Part shown: piece by piece, positions 48,693 to 58,411 of the stretch
Numbering within the stretch: position 1 is the first letter of the stretch
Layout: every line of letters begins with the position of its first letter
NCBI GenBank assembly: GCA_051013385.1
Contig: CP143273.1
Location: forward strand, 1,056,001 to 1,120,000
DNA from: Phormidium sp.
GTDB taxonomy: Bacteria > Cyanobacteriota > Cyanobacteriia > Cyanobacteriales > Aerosakkonemataceae
DNA length: 64,000 nucleotides
Reading direction: 5' to 3'
Notes under the pieces: generated by a model
Told to the model about the DNA's origin: nothing
What the model saw: the letters and a program-made list of their open reading frames with translations, nothing else
Database searches by the model: none
Made by a program: the position numbers and the translations under genes

Positions 48693-50717
48693 CTAATCTC
48701 TCACCCATTTGAACACTGAAGGGTTTTTATTATAACGATAGGTAAAGCCATCTTTACCAGTAATCGATTTACCCAGACTTGCTTTACTTCTAATACTGGA
48801 AATTGAATAGTCTGTTAATTTTTGCAATTCCTTGTGAGAAAATCCGACAAATGTATCTGCGTTCGCCTCTATTTCTGTTTGAGTTTGAGATTCATCATTG
48901 GGGATATCATTTGTAATTTCGCTATTTTCAGTAGAACTAATCACAATTTCTGTTGCTTTCCTTAGCCGATAATCCTCTACAGTGAGTAGTTGCCAAGTGG
49001 AATCTTGTAGAAGTTCTAAAACCCACTGATGATAATCAAATAAAGTTTCCCGATGTCCAACACTGATAAATGTTGTTTTTGTTTCTTCTAACTGCTGATA
49101 TAAGTTCCCTTCATTTTTCAGGTCTAAAGCACTGGTAGCTTCGTCTAATATAGTGAAGCTAGGACGATTAACTAATAATCTGGCAAAAGCTAAACGTTGT
49201 TGTTCTCCTTGGGATAATATGTTCTCCCAAGGAACTTCTGTATCGAAGCCATCGATTCGACTGAGCAAATTTTGTAAGTTCACTTGTTGTAAAATTTCTC
49301 TGAGTTCTGCATCTGTTTTTTGGTAGTTTCTATTAGGATAAAGTAACTGTTCGCGCAAAGTTCCTAAGATTATATAAGGACGCTGGGGCAAAAATAAGAG
49401 TTGTTCTAAGGGTGGTCGCATTAAACGACCTGTACCTGCATTCCATAAACCTGCGATCGCTCTGAGAAGAGAACTTTTTCCTCGACCACTCGGCCCAACA
49501 ATTAATAAACCTTCTCCAGCTTGAACATTTAATGATAAATTTTCCACTATTACCTGCTCGTAGTCAGGTGTTTGTAAGGTGAAATTTTCAAAAGCAAAAT
49601 GATTTTCTTCTACTGTTTTAATAGTAGAGACATTTTCTGGTTCTTTCACCACTGTTTCTAAGGCATTGGAAAACTCAGATAAACGCTCAACGTAACTAGA
49701 AAATTGTCCAGAAACTCCAAATTGATTGATTAATTCTCCGAGAGCGATCGCAAACATATTACAAGCTAAAGCAGCTTGTCCTAGTTGCCCAAAATCAATT
49801 TCATTTCTAATATATAAAGGAGCCAGAAATAGGAAGGGAAATATTTGAATTATCGATTGATAGCCTCGGCTAAAAAAATCAGTTCCTCTCTCCCAACCAA
49901 TCTTTTCTTGAATGGTTTTCACTAAATTACCAAATCGCCGCTCAATTATATTTAATTCCTGTTTTTCTCCTTGGAAAAAAGCGATCGACTCAGCGTGATT
50001 TCGCACATGAGTTAAAGCATAACTATAATCAGCTTTAGCAACTATTTCCTCTTGACTAATCCTCACCAAATTTTGATTTAAATAAGCAGCTATTAAGTTA
50101 CCTGCAACTGTATAAACCAGCATCACCACAGCTATTTGGTAAGAAATTATCCAAATTATTACTAAAAAAGTAACCATTTCCAGTACTTTTTCCAAAAAAG
50201 TAGCAGAAAAATTCAGAGCATTATTGGTAATAGGTTCAATTTCTTGAGAGATTCGTTGATCTGGGTTATCAATATCCGCTCTAAAGTTAATTTTATAGTA
50301 AGCCCTTTTGCTTAAATATTGCTCTAAAGTTTGATTGTTTAGCCACTTGTACCAGTCAATAGCGATTTTTTTTCTAACAAATCTCGAAAACCCGGTTAAA
50401 AGTGTAGCAAAAGCTAAAACAAAAATGTTGAGTAATAAAATGTCAGTGAATTTAGCATAATCTTTATCTTGAATCAGGCTATCGACAAGATAACGGTTAA
50501 CGAAACTATTAAGCGCATTTGTCCCCACTAGCGCAGTAATTAAAAGTACCAAAAAAACGAGCATTCCCCAAGCATAAAGCACCTCGGAAAATCCTCGGGA
50601 ACCTGGCTTGGTGGGATACCAGTAAGGCTGGGCGACTACTTTTACAGCTTCCCAAAATTGAGTAAAAGCGGAAAAAGCATTTGTTTTAGGCTGAGTTTGA
50701 AGAACTTGAGTTGACAT
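48693..50717 (-). CDS. NRPS-cluster ABC exporter (McyH/ApdG-like)
   Basis: QPYWYP N-terminus, DNPDQRI, HAESIAFFQGE, GPSGRGKSS, LSQGEQQR, LDEATSALD. Confidence 0.9.
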   Translation of the reverse strand: MSTQVLQTQPKTNAFSAFTQFWEAVKVVAQPYWYPTKPGSRGFSEVLYAWGMLVFLVLLITALVGTNALNSFVNRYLVDSLIQDKDYAKFTDILLLNIFVLAFATLLTGFSRFVRKKIAIDWYKWLNNQTLEQYLSKRAYYKINFRADIDNPDQRISQEIEPITNNALNFSATFLEKVLEMVTFLVIIWIISYQIAVVMLVYTVAGNLIAAYLNQNLVRISQEEIVAKADYSYALTHVRNHAESIAFFQGEKQELNIIERRFGNLVKTIQEKIGWERGTDFFSRGYQSIIQIFPFLFLAPLYIRNEIDFGQLGQAALACNMFAIALGELINQFGVSGQFSSYVERLSEFSNALETVVKEPENVSTIKTVEENHFAFENFTLQTPDYEQVIVENLSLNVQAGEGLLIVGPSGRGKSSLLRAIAGLWNAGTGRLMRPPLEQLLFLPQRPYIILGTLREQLLYPNRNYQKTDAELREILQQVNLQNLLSRIDGFDTEVPWENILSQGEQQRLAFARLLVNRPSFTILDEATSALDLKNEGNLYQQLEETKTTFISVGHRETLFDYHQWVLELLQDSTWQLLTVEDYRLRKATEIVISSTENSEITNDIPNDESQTQTEIEANADTFVGFSHKELQKLTDYSISSIRSKASLGKSITGKDGFTYRYNKNPSVFKWVRD

Positions 50718-50742
50718 ATTTGAGAAATAATTAATATTGTGA

Positions 50743-51510
50743 TTACAGCAAGGTTACACCGCCATCCAAAGGCAAAATAACCCCTGTGGCATAAGTATTT
50801 CCGATTAAACTTAATACTGCTTGCGCCACCTCTTCTGGTTGTCCCAGATGCTCTACAGGTAAGGCAGAGGTCGCCCATTTTGTGAGATCCGATCGCTCAG
50901 ACTCGCTTTGACTAGTCCAGCTACTTGTATCTTCGATCAATCCGGGGGCGATTACGTTGACTCGAATTGGTGAAATTTCTAATGCCAATGAGCGTCCAAA
51001 TACTGCAATTGCCGCATTTGCAGCTGCGATCGCCGAAATCCCCCCCATTTTTGAAGCTTTGAAAATACTCACACTTGATGTCAGTGTAATCGAGCCATTT
51101 TTCGCTATATTTTTCAGTGCTGCACGTACCGCGAAGAAGGTTCCCCAAAATTTTTGCATTGCACCTTGAGCGGTTTCTGTGGTCATTTCTGCTAATAGCG
51201 ATCGCGGCATATTTCGATCGCCCATAGATGTTACTACTAAATGATCGAATTCTCCCACCTCCTCAAAAAAACTATTGACCGAATTCTCATCATAAATGTC
51301 AACAATTTTAGCCTCAATCTGTCCCGAAAGTGACTCCATTGCTTCATTTAATTTCTCTTGTGAAGGGTGGGAAAGTACCACCGATGCTCCTAATTCTGCG
51401 GTTTTTTTGGCGATCGCCAAATCCACCCCAGAACTCACCCCAATAATCACAACTTTCTTACCTGATAGCAATTCAAACATTATCCTACCTAAACGAATAA
51501 ATTTAGTCAA
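50743..51510 (-). CDS. Atypical short-chain dehydrogenase/reductase (ApdF-like); start may be 51480
   Basis: LSGKKVVIIGVSSG..FDHLVV..GSITLTSS..IRVNVIAPG..GQPEEVA..TGVILPLDGG; YxxxK absent. Confidence 0.85.
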   Translation of the reverse strand: MTKFIRLGRIMFELLSGKKVVIIGVSSGVDLAIAKKTAELGASVVLSHPSQEKLNEAMESLSGQIEAKIVDIYDENSVNSFFEEVGEFDHLVVTSMGDRNMPRSLLAEMTTETAQGAMQKFWGTFFAVRAALKNIAKNGSITLTSSVSIFKASKMGGISAIAAANAAIAVFGRSLALEISPIRVNVIAPGLIEDTSSWTSQSESERSDLTKWATSALPVEHLGQPEEVAQAVLSLIGNTYATGVILPLDGGVTLL

Positions 51511-52344
51511 TCATACCTTATTTATTGGTTTCTGGGCTGAAACCAATAAATAAGTTATATCTGAAGAATTCAACAATCTATCGATAGCGACCACATTTGT
51601 CTGATAAACTTGTTCATTTATCTTTCCTGTTTGAAATTCCTGCTCGATCGCAGATTTCATATCCCGGAAATGATTCAGCCAACATTCATTTGTCGCCTCC
51701 ACAAATTCTACCCGATCCCAACCAACCTTTTGGTAAAGATTTTTATATTCCTTAATACCTTTGACAGTATTATCTTCAGGAACAATCCAATCCCCAAAAT
51801 ACTCTCTAGTTTCAAAGATTATATCTGAAAGAATCAACTTACCCCCTGGTTTCAAAACCCGAAAAGCTTCTTGCAAAAACTTCTCCCTTGTATTAAAGTA
51901 AAAAGCCGCTTCAACGCAAATTATATTAGCAAAAAAACTATCATCAAAATCCATTTGTACAGCATCCATACAAATAAATTTACATTCAGGAGCGTTTACC
52001 ATACTTCTTTCGATTTGTTTAGGAGAAATATTAATTCCTACAACATCAGATGAGGAATAATACTTAAGTAAGTAATTTGTAGTTGCTCCCAAACCGCAAC
52101 CAACATCCAGTATATTTCCCTGCTTTTCAGGAATAAATGCTAAAAGCTTTTCCATCAAATTAAAAGAAGCTTCTTCCTGATTTTGAGTATCAGAGTCCCA
52201 ATAACCTACATTAAAAAACTCTGTTTTGCCATAGTATTCTCTAGTTCCCGGATTGAAAATTAAAGTATCAAACTTACTAATCCATTCAGTTCTATCCATT
52301 TTTAAATCCTCATTTAAATGTGTTTTTGTGCTTGTTTGATACAA
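51511..52344 (-). CDS. Class I SAM-dependent methyltransferase (ApdE-like); start may be 52299
   Basis: FFNVGYW, ILDVGCGLG, GINIS, CVEAAFYF, RVLKPGG. Confidence 0.9.
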   Translation of the reverse strand: MYQTSTKTHLNEDLKMDRTEWISKFDTLIFNPGTREYYGKTEFFNVGYWDSDTQNQEEASFNLMEKLLAFIPEKQGNILDVGCGLGATTNYLLKYYSSSDVVGINISPKQIERSMVNAPECKFICMDAVQMDFDDSFFANIICVEAAFYFNTREKFLQEAFRVLKPGGKLILSDIIFETREYFGDWIVPEDNTVKGIKEYKNLYQKVGWDRVEFVEATNECWLNHFRDMKSAIEQEFQTGKINEQVYQTNVVAIDRLLNSSDITYLLVSAQKPINKV

Positions 52345-55300
52345 AGTTTCAATTGCTCTGCTAAAACCTGAACATGAGGTTCAGACATGATTGAAACATG
52401 ATTACCTAAAACAAAATGAATATCCACAGGTTCCGTTGAAAATTCACTCCATCCCAAGGAAGAATCTTGGCAAATTTCAGAAGCTAACTCATAATTCGGA
52501 TCGTCAATTAAATCCTCATTAGCGCGTAAAACTGTCAGTTTACCTGGGTAGCTTTCTTGGGGAACATAATCAACCAAACATAAGCAGCTATTTTTATAAG
52601 CTTGCACGATATTTATTAGTTGGGTAATTTCAGCATTGGGAGGCAACATATTAGCCAATTTGAAATAATTTAAAACATATTTTAATTGCTCCTCCACTGT
52701 TAAGCATTTGAGAGTTTCGTAAGAAATATCTACGTTTTTATCCAAATAAATTTCTATGCCTTTGCTGACTTCAGCTAACCATCTGGCATGATCCCAACCC
52801 AGATAATCAAGCAGCATTTGCTTATCTTTGTAAGTTGGTGCTGAAGAATCAATGATTGCCAACAAAGCCACTTTATGTCCCTGTTTTACCAACTGTTTGC
52901 CCATCTCAAAGGCAACATTTCCGCCATAAGAATGTCCGCCCAAAAAATATGGCCCTTGAGGTTGAACAGCTTGCATTGCTGCAATGTAAATACTAGCAAT
53001 ATTTTCTATATTAGGAATCGAGCCTAGTTCCTGATATAGATTGTTTTCAAAACTGTACAACGGTTGATCGTCTCCTAAATAACGACTTAAATGATAGAAG
53101 TAAAAAGGTCTACCTCCTGCGCCGGGAACACAGAAAAAAGGTAAGTTTGAACCATTAGGCTGAATAGCTACTAAACAAGATGGCGTAGAGTGAACTGAGT
53201 CTTGTTGAATAATTGTAGCTAACTGTTCAATTGTGGGATTTTGGAAAAGTGTTGTTAAAGGAATATCTTTGCCAAACTGCTGCTTAATTTGAGTCATTAA
53301 GTAGGAAGCTAAAAGGGAATGACCACCCAAATCAAAAAAGTTATCTTGTACGCCAATTTTGTCAATTTTCAGAATCTTTGACCAGATTTGAACTAGTTGC
53401 AATTCTAACTGATTTCGGGCTTCGATAAATCTGTCTGAGTCGCTGGTGTTCGAGGGAGGTTTCAAGGCGTGGCGATCGACTTTTCCATTAGCATTTAGTG
53501 GCAAAGATTCCAAAATTACAAAAGCCGATGGCACCATATATCCAGGTAGTTTATTAGCGAGAAATTGACGCAGTTCGCTACTTGTAAGAATGACATCTTT
53601 TTGCGGCACTATATAGGCAACTAACCGCTTTTCGCCTGGGGTATCTTCGCGGACAATAACGCAAGATAAATGGACATTACTATGTTCGCTTAATGCTGCT
53701 TCTATTTCGCCTAATTCAATGCGAAAACCCCGAATTTTTACTTGATTATCGATGCGTCCTAAAAATTCAATATTGCCATCAGTTAAATAACGAGCTAAAT
53801 CCCCCGTTTTATATAATTTTGAATTATCAAATGGACTGGAAATAAACTTCTCATTAGTTAATTCTGGGCGGTTGAGATAGCCGCTTGCTAATCCGGCTCC
53901 ACCAATATATAATTCTCCGGGAACACCTATCGGAACAGGTTGTAAATACTGGTCTAGAATGTAAATTTGGGTGTTAGCGATCGGACGACCAATAGAAATT
54001 GATTTTACAGTTGTTTCCAGTTGTTTAGGCAGAGAGTAACAACAAGTAAAAGTTGTACTTTCTGTTGGGCCATATCCATTAATAATCTGTGTCAATGGTA
54101 AATTTTCCAAAGCTTCCCTGACATGAGGAACTGAAAGTGCTTCCCCACCAATTAATAGTTGTTTTATTCCTGATAAAGCTTGTAAGTCATCATCAATAAT
54201 CGAGTTAAACAATGCAGCAGTTAACCATATAGTAGTAATGCTATGTTTGTCAATTTCCTGCTTCAGATGTTTAGCGGTAGGGATTTTTTCTGGGAACAAA
54301 AAACATATTGCTCCATGTAACAAAGCTCCCCAAATCTCAAATGTAGAAGCATCAAAAGCAATGGGAGCCATTTGAAGAAATCTTTGTGTAGCATCTAAAT
54401 GAACATAATCTACGCCAAACAACAAACGATTAATACCACGATGAATAACTTTAACTCCTTTCGGCTGACCTGTGGAGCCAGAGGTATAAATTACATAAGC
54501 CAAATTAGTGGCTTGTGTGTTACTAATGGGATTATTCTCACTCTGATTCGCAATTTTTTGCCAGTTAGTATCTAGACAAATAAGTTTTGCTTGATGCTCT
54601 GGCAGTTTGTTAATCAGTCGCTCTTGGGTGAGTAAAACTGAAACTTGAGCATCTTGAAGCATAAATTGTAAACGCTTTTGGGGATATTCTGGGTCAAGGG
54701 GAAGGTATGCGCCACCTGCTTTGAGAATACCCAACAATCCTACTACCATTTCTAATGAACGTTCCACGCACAATCCCACTAACATATCTGCTTTTACACC
54801 CAAGGAACGTAAATAATGGGCTAATTTATTGGCGCGACAATTCAATTCAGAATAGGTTAATTGTTCATTTTCAAATACTACTGCTATTGCATTTGGAGTT
54901 CGTTTTACTTGCTCCTCAAATAACTGATGAATACATTTATCTTGTGGATAATCTGTTTGGGTATTATTCCACTCAACTAAAATTTGATTGAGTTCGCTTT
55001 GATTCAACAGTGATAATTCGGAAATTCGCGCTTTGGGATTGGCAACAATTGCTTTTAATAAAGTCTCAAAATGTTGACCCATTCGAGAAATTGTCGGCGC
55101 ATCAAATAAATCAATACTGTAAGACCAAACACCCTGCAAACCGTTGGGAGTTTCCCAAAAGTTTACTTCTAAGTCAAACCTGACTTTTACATCACTTGAA
55201 AAAGGAAAGCTTTGAATTTTTAAACCAGATAAACTGCTTTCTGATTGGGGAGTATTCTGAAGGGAAAACATTACTTGTACCAGAGGATTACGACTTAAAT

Positions 55301-56537
55301 CACGTTCTGGTTGTAAGGTTTCTACTAACATTTCAAAGGGTAAGTCTTGGTGGGCGTAAGCTGACAAGGTTGTTTGCCGTACTTGCGCCAAAAAGTCTTG
55401 AAAAGTAGGATTACCAGAAAGATTGCCTCTTAATGCTAAAGTGTTAGCAAAAAAACCGATTAGTCCTTCGATGTTTTTGTTATTGCGGTTGGCAATGGGA
55501 GTTCCCACCAACAGATCCAATTGACCACTATAACGAGAAATCAAAACAAAAAATGCTGCCAGGAGAGTCATAAATAAAGTTGTTTCTGACTCCTGACTTA
55601 GTTGTTTTAAGCGTTGGGATAACTCGCTATCAAGTTGAAAAGTTTGTACGCCACCTTGGAAGTTTTGAACTGGGGGACGAGTGCAATTACTAGGTAATTC
55701 TAATATCAAAGGCGCACCAGCTAACTGTTCCTTCCAATAATTAAGTTGTCGTTCCAAAACCTCCCCAGTTAACCACTGACGTTGCCAAACCGCAAAATCA
55801 GCGTATTGAATAGTTAATTTAGGTAGTGTCAAAGGTAATCCTTGAGTAAAAGCTTCATACAATTGAGATAATTCTCGGAAGAAGATACTCAAAGACCAAC
55901 CATCATAAATAATATGGTGCATCTTCAACAACAATACATACTCTTCTTGACTTAGTTGAAGTAGCGTAAATTGAATTAATCGCTCAACAGCTAAATCGAA
56001 AGGTTTAGATGCAATAGACTTGACAATTTGCTGAATCTGAGCAGTTTGTTCCTCAGTTGACAACCCTTGTAAATCATGAATTGGTAAACTTAAAACAGTA
56101 GGAGGAGCAATTAACTGAACAGGTTTTCCCTCTACTGTAGGAAAATTAGTTCTTAAGATTTCATGACGATTAATCAGTTCATTCAAACTCTGCTCTAATG
56201 CAGTTACATTCAGCGAACCTTCTAATCGCAAAGCTTCCAACATATTGTAAGATTGGCTATCTGGTGAAAGCTGATGTAAAAACCAAAGCCGCTGTTGGGC
56301 AAAAGAAAGAGGTAATTCTTGCTCTCGTGAAACGGGGATAATAGTTGATTCAGTTGAGAGAGAAGGAGTTTTTGCCGCTTTTAAAAATGCCAGAATTTCG
56401 GGTTTTCTTGTCCCTATTTCCTGCTTAATTTCTGCGGTCATTGCTCCTTTGGGAGCTTGATAACGTAGCTTCTCCTCTTCCAACCAAATTTGGATATCCA
56501 AACTATTTAAATAAGACAAGAATTCACCAACTTTCAT
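52314..56537 (-). CDS. Terminal NRPS module: docking domain-C-A(Val)-T-TE (ApdD/McnE-like)
   Basis: HHIIYDG; YTSGSTGQPKG; hand-derived code DAFWLGGTFK (Val); LGGHSL; TE GHSYG. Confidence 0.93.
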   Translation of the reverse strand: MKVGEFLSYLNSLDIQIWLEEEKLRYQAPKGAMTAEIKQEIGTRKPEILAFLKAAKTPSLSTESTIIPVSREQELPLSFAQQRLWFLHQLSPDSQSYNMLEALRLEGSLNVTALEQSLNELINRHEILRTNFPTVEGKPVQLIAPPTVLSLPIHDLQGLSTEEQTAQIQQIVKSIASKPFDLAVERLIQFTLLQLSQEEYVLLLKMHHIIYDGWSLSIFFRELSQLYEAFTQGLPLTLPKLTIQYADFAVWQRQWLTGEVLERQLNYWKEQLAGAPLILELPSNCTRPPVQNFQGGVQTFQLDSELSQRLKQLSQESETTLFMTLLAAFFVLISRYSGQLDLLVGTPIANRNNKNIEGLIGFFANTLALRGNLSGNPTFQDFLAQVRQTTLSAYAHQDLPFEMLVETLQPERDLSRNPLVQVMFSLQNTPQSESSLSGLKIQSFPFSSDVKVRFDLEVNFWETPNGLQGVWSYSIDLFDAPTISRMGQHFETLLKAIVANPKARISELSLLNQSELNQILVEWNNTQTDYPQDKCIHQLFEEQVKRTPNAIAVVFENEQLTYSELNCRANKLAHYLRSLGVKADMLVGLCVERSLEMVVGLLGILKAGGAYLPLDPEYPQKRLQFMLQDAQVSVLLTQERLINKLPEHQAKLICLDTNWQKIANQSENNPISNTQATNLAYVIYTSGSTGQPKGVKVIHRGINRLLFGVDYVHLDATQRFLQMAPIAFDASTFEIWGALLHGAICFLFPEKIPTAKHLKQEIDKHSITTIWLTAALFNSIIDDDLQALSGIKQLLIGGEALSVPHVREALENLPLTQIINGYGPTESTTFTCCYSLPKQLETTVKSISIGRPIANTQIYILDQYLQPVPIGVPGELYIGGAGLASGYLNRPELTNEKFISSPFDNSKLYKTGDLARYLTDGNIEFLGRIDNQVKIRGFRIELGEIEAALSEHSNVHLSCVIVREDTPGEKRLVAYIVPQKDVILTSSELRQFLANKLPGYMVPSAFVILESLPLNANGKVDRHALKPPSNTSDSDRFIEARNQLELQLVQIWSKILKIDKIGVQDNFFDLGGHSLLASYLMTQIKQQFGKDIPLTTLFQNPTIEQLATIIQQDSVHSTPSCLVAIQPNGSNLPFFCVPGAGGRPFYFYHLSRYLGDDQPLYSFENNLYQELGSIPNIENIASIYIAAMQAVQPQGPYFLGGHSYGGNVAFEMGKQLVKQGHKVALLAIIDSSAPTYKDKQMLLDYLGWDHARWLAEVSKGIEIYLDKNVDISYETLKCLTVEEQLKYVLNYFKLANMLPPNAEITQLINIVQAYKNSCLCLVDYVPQESYPGKLTVLRANEDLIDDPNYELASEICQDSSLGWSEFSTEPVDIHFVLGNHVSIMSEPHVQVLAEQLKLCIKQAQKHI

Positions 56538-58411
56538 TTATCGATTGCCTCCCAAACTTGTTGTTTAATTATATTTAAATTGCGGGGGTTGCTTTGAGGA
56601 GCAAAAAGCCCATCTGCATTCCATTTGTTAGGATCTAGACTAATAGCCCAAGCATTTAACCATGAGTTATCTATCACTTTAGGTAACATCTCTGGCATGG
56701 TATCTTCTACAGCTAATTGGAAAATCACTTGGGCCATTTCCTCAATTAATTCAAGGCTAGTTAAGTAATCCTGAATGATTTCTGATTTGGTTTTATTTAA
56801 TTTTAAATTTCGAGTTCGTAACTCGTCGATAAAGGGAATAGCTAAATAATCAATGAATTCAAAGTCAACTCGATGTAATGATTTATTAGCCCAATCTTTA
56901 AACAACTGTTGCATCCGATAGGAAAGAGGGAAAAATTTTCCATTAATCTGCTGAACTTTCATTCTAAATTCCCGATCGAGGAATATAGAATTAAACATCA
57001 TTAAACCACTGAAAGTCCATCCTGATACAATATCCCAAAGGTATTTCATTGCCATTACTGTTCCATTACCCAGGCAATTGTAGGCATTTTGAATGTTAAA
57101 AGTTACGCCATCGCTATAGGTCAGATAAAATTGATTCGCATCGTCAACTTTTTCCTGGGTGAGTTTACCTTCAAGGTCAAGTTCAATTAATTGGGAGGTT
57201 AAGGAATTACCAAAACCAATATTATCTGTACCTGGGGAATAAAAAGGATCGGGAAATGTCCCTGCTTCACCAACACAAGCCCAACGATTCGAGGAAAATA
57301 CTTGTTTTGATGAATAACTATATTTTGGCATTTTCTTAAAGTCTTGTGGTTGTTTATCTTTTAAGTGAAAAGCCAAAACAGGTTCGTTTTTCTCTAGCCA
57401 TTGATAGGCAAGTTGGTAATTATGATAATTTTTTAAAGGATGAATGTCTTGGCGAGCGACTATTCCAATACTGGTATAACCAGTAGATAGGGGAATTGTC
57501 CAAACCCAATATCCTTCACCGCACAAATGATTGGTGGAATAATAGCGATTTTTGTTCGGAACGCGATTATGCCATTTCTCTTCACTACTAGGGACAAAAT
57601 CGCTTAAATCAAAGCGACCATCAACGCGAAACCAAACAGCATTAAATCGATCACTATTAGGTTTATCTAAACGTAGTTTTCGTTGAAGAAAGCGACGACG
57701 ACCCATTGCATCAACAACCCATCGAGCTTTAATCGTATTAGTTTGTTTGCGATCGCCTCCTCCTTGAGAATAAACTACTTTATGATATTGCTGTGAACCT
57801 GTTGCCAGTTCAATCTCATTGACAGAACAATCTTCCCATAGTTCTACTCCTGCATCAACATTAAACTGACGTAAATCATTTTCCAATTTCCCCCTATCTA
57901 TTTGATAAGAATTAGGAAGATGAAATTCTGAAAGTCCTAGTTCCGGTCTTTTGTGGAAATTAGTTTCCCAATTGTTGAAAAAATACCTTAACCCTAGCTT
58001 AGTTAAATGTTGCTTTTCCAAGTAATCACTTAATTGCAGAGTATTAGCTAAATAAAAAGCTCCTACTTCAACTGTTGATTCTCCCACTTTGAAACTAGCT
58101 TCCGGTAAAGGACGAGCCATTTTATCAAGTACAAGAACCGAAATACTAGGCTTTTGCAGTTTTAACTGTCGTGCTAAAGTTAAACCTGCTAATCCCCCAC
58201 CACAAATGACAACATCATAACTTTCTTCTTGACTTAAATCTTCAGCTTGTTGCTGTAGTAAGGCAAGTAATTCTTCTTTATTATCTTTTAGAATTGCCAG
58301 TAATTCAGGTGTCATGATTCCCTGTGGCGATCGATAGCGTAGTTTATCATTTTCTCCCCATATTTTGACACCTAAATCATTGAAATGAGCCAAAATTTCC
58401 GCAGGTTTCAT
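56534..58411 (-). CDS. Flavin-dependent halogenase with N-terminal docking domain (ApdC/McnD-like)
   Basis: GGGLAG, KVGES, IDRG, YWVWTIP (WxWxIP), GEAGTFPDPFYSPG; 625 aa between two NRPS genes. Confidence 0.92.
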   Translation of the reverse strand: MKPAEILAHFNDLGVKIWGENDKLRYRSPQGIMTPELLAILKDNKEELLALLQQQAEDLSQEESYDVVICGGGLAGLTLARQLKLQKPSISVLVLDKMARPLPEASFKVGESTVEVGAFYLANTLQLSDYLEKQHLTKLGLRYFFNNWETNFHKRPELGLSEFHLPNSYQIDRGKLENDLRQFNVDAGVELWEDCSVNEIELATGSQQYHKVVYSQGGGDRKQTNTIKARWVVDAMGRRRFLQRKLRLDKPNSDRFNAVWFRVDGRFDLSDFVPSSEEKWHNRVPNKNRYYSTNHLCGEGYWVWTIPLSTGYTSIGIVARQDIHPLKNYHNYQLAYQWLEKNEPVLAFHLKDKQPQDFKKMPKYSYSSKQVFSSNRWACVGEAGTFPDPFYSPGTDNIGFGNSLTSQLIELDLEGKLTQEKVDDANQFYLTYSDGVTFNIQNAYNCLGNGTVMAMKYLWDIVSGWTFSGLMMFNSIFLDREFRMKVQQINGKFFPLSYRMQQLFKDWANKSLHRVDFEFIDYLAIPFIDELRTRNLKLNKTKSEIIQDYLTSLELIEEMAQVIFQLAVEDTMPEMLPKVIDNSWLNAWAISLDPNKWNADGLFAPQSNPRNLNIIKQQVWEAIDK

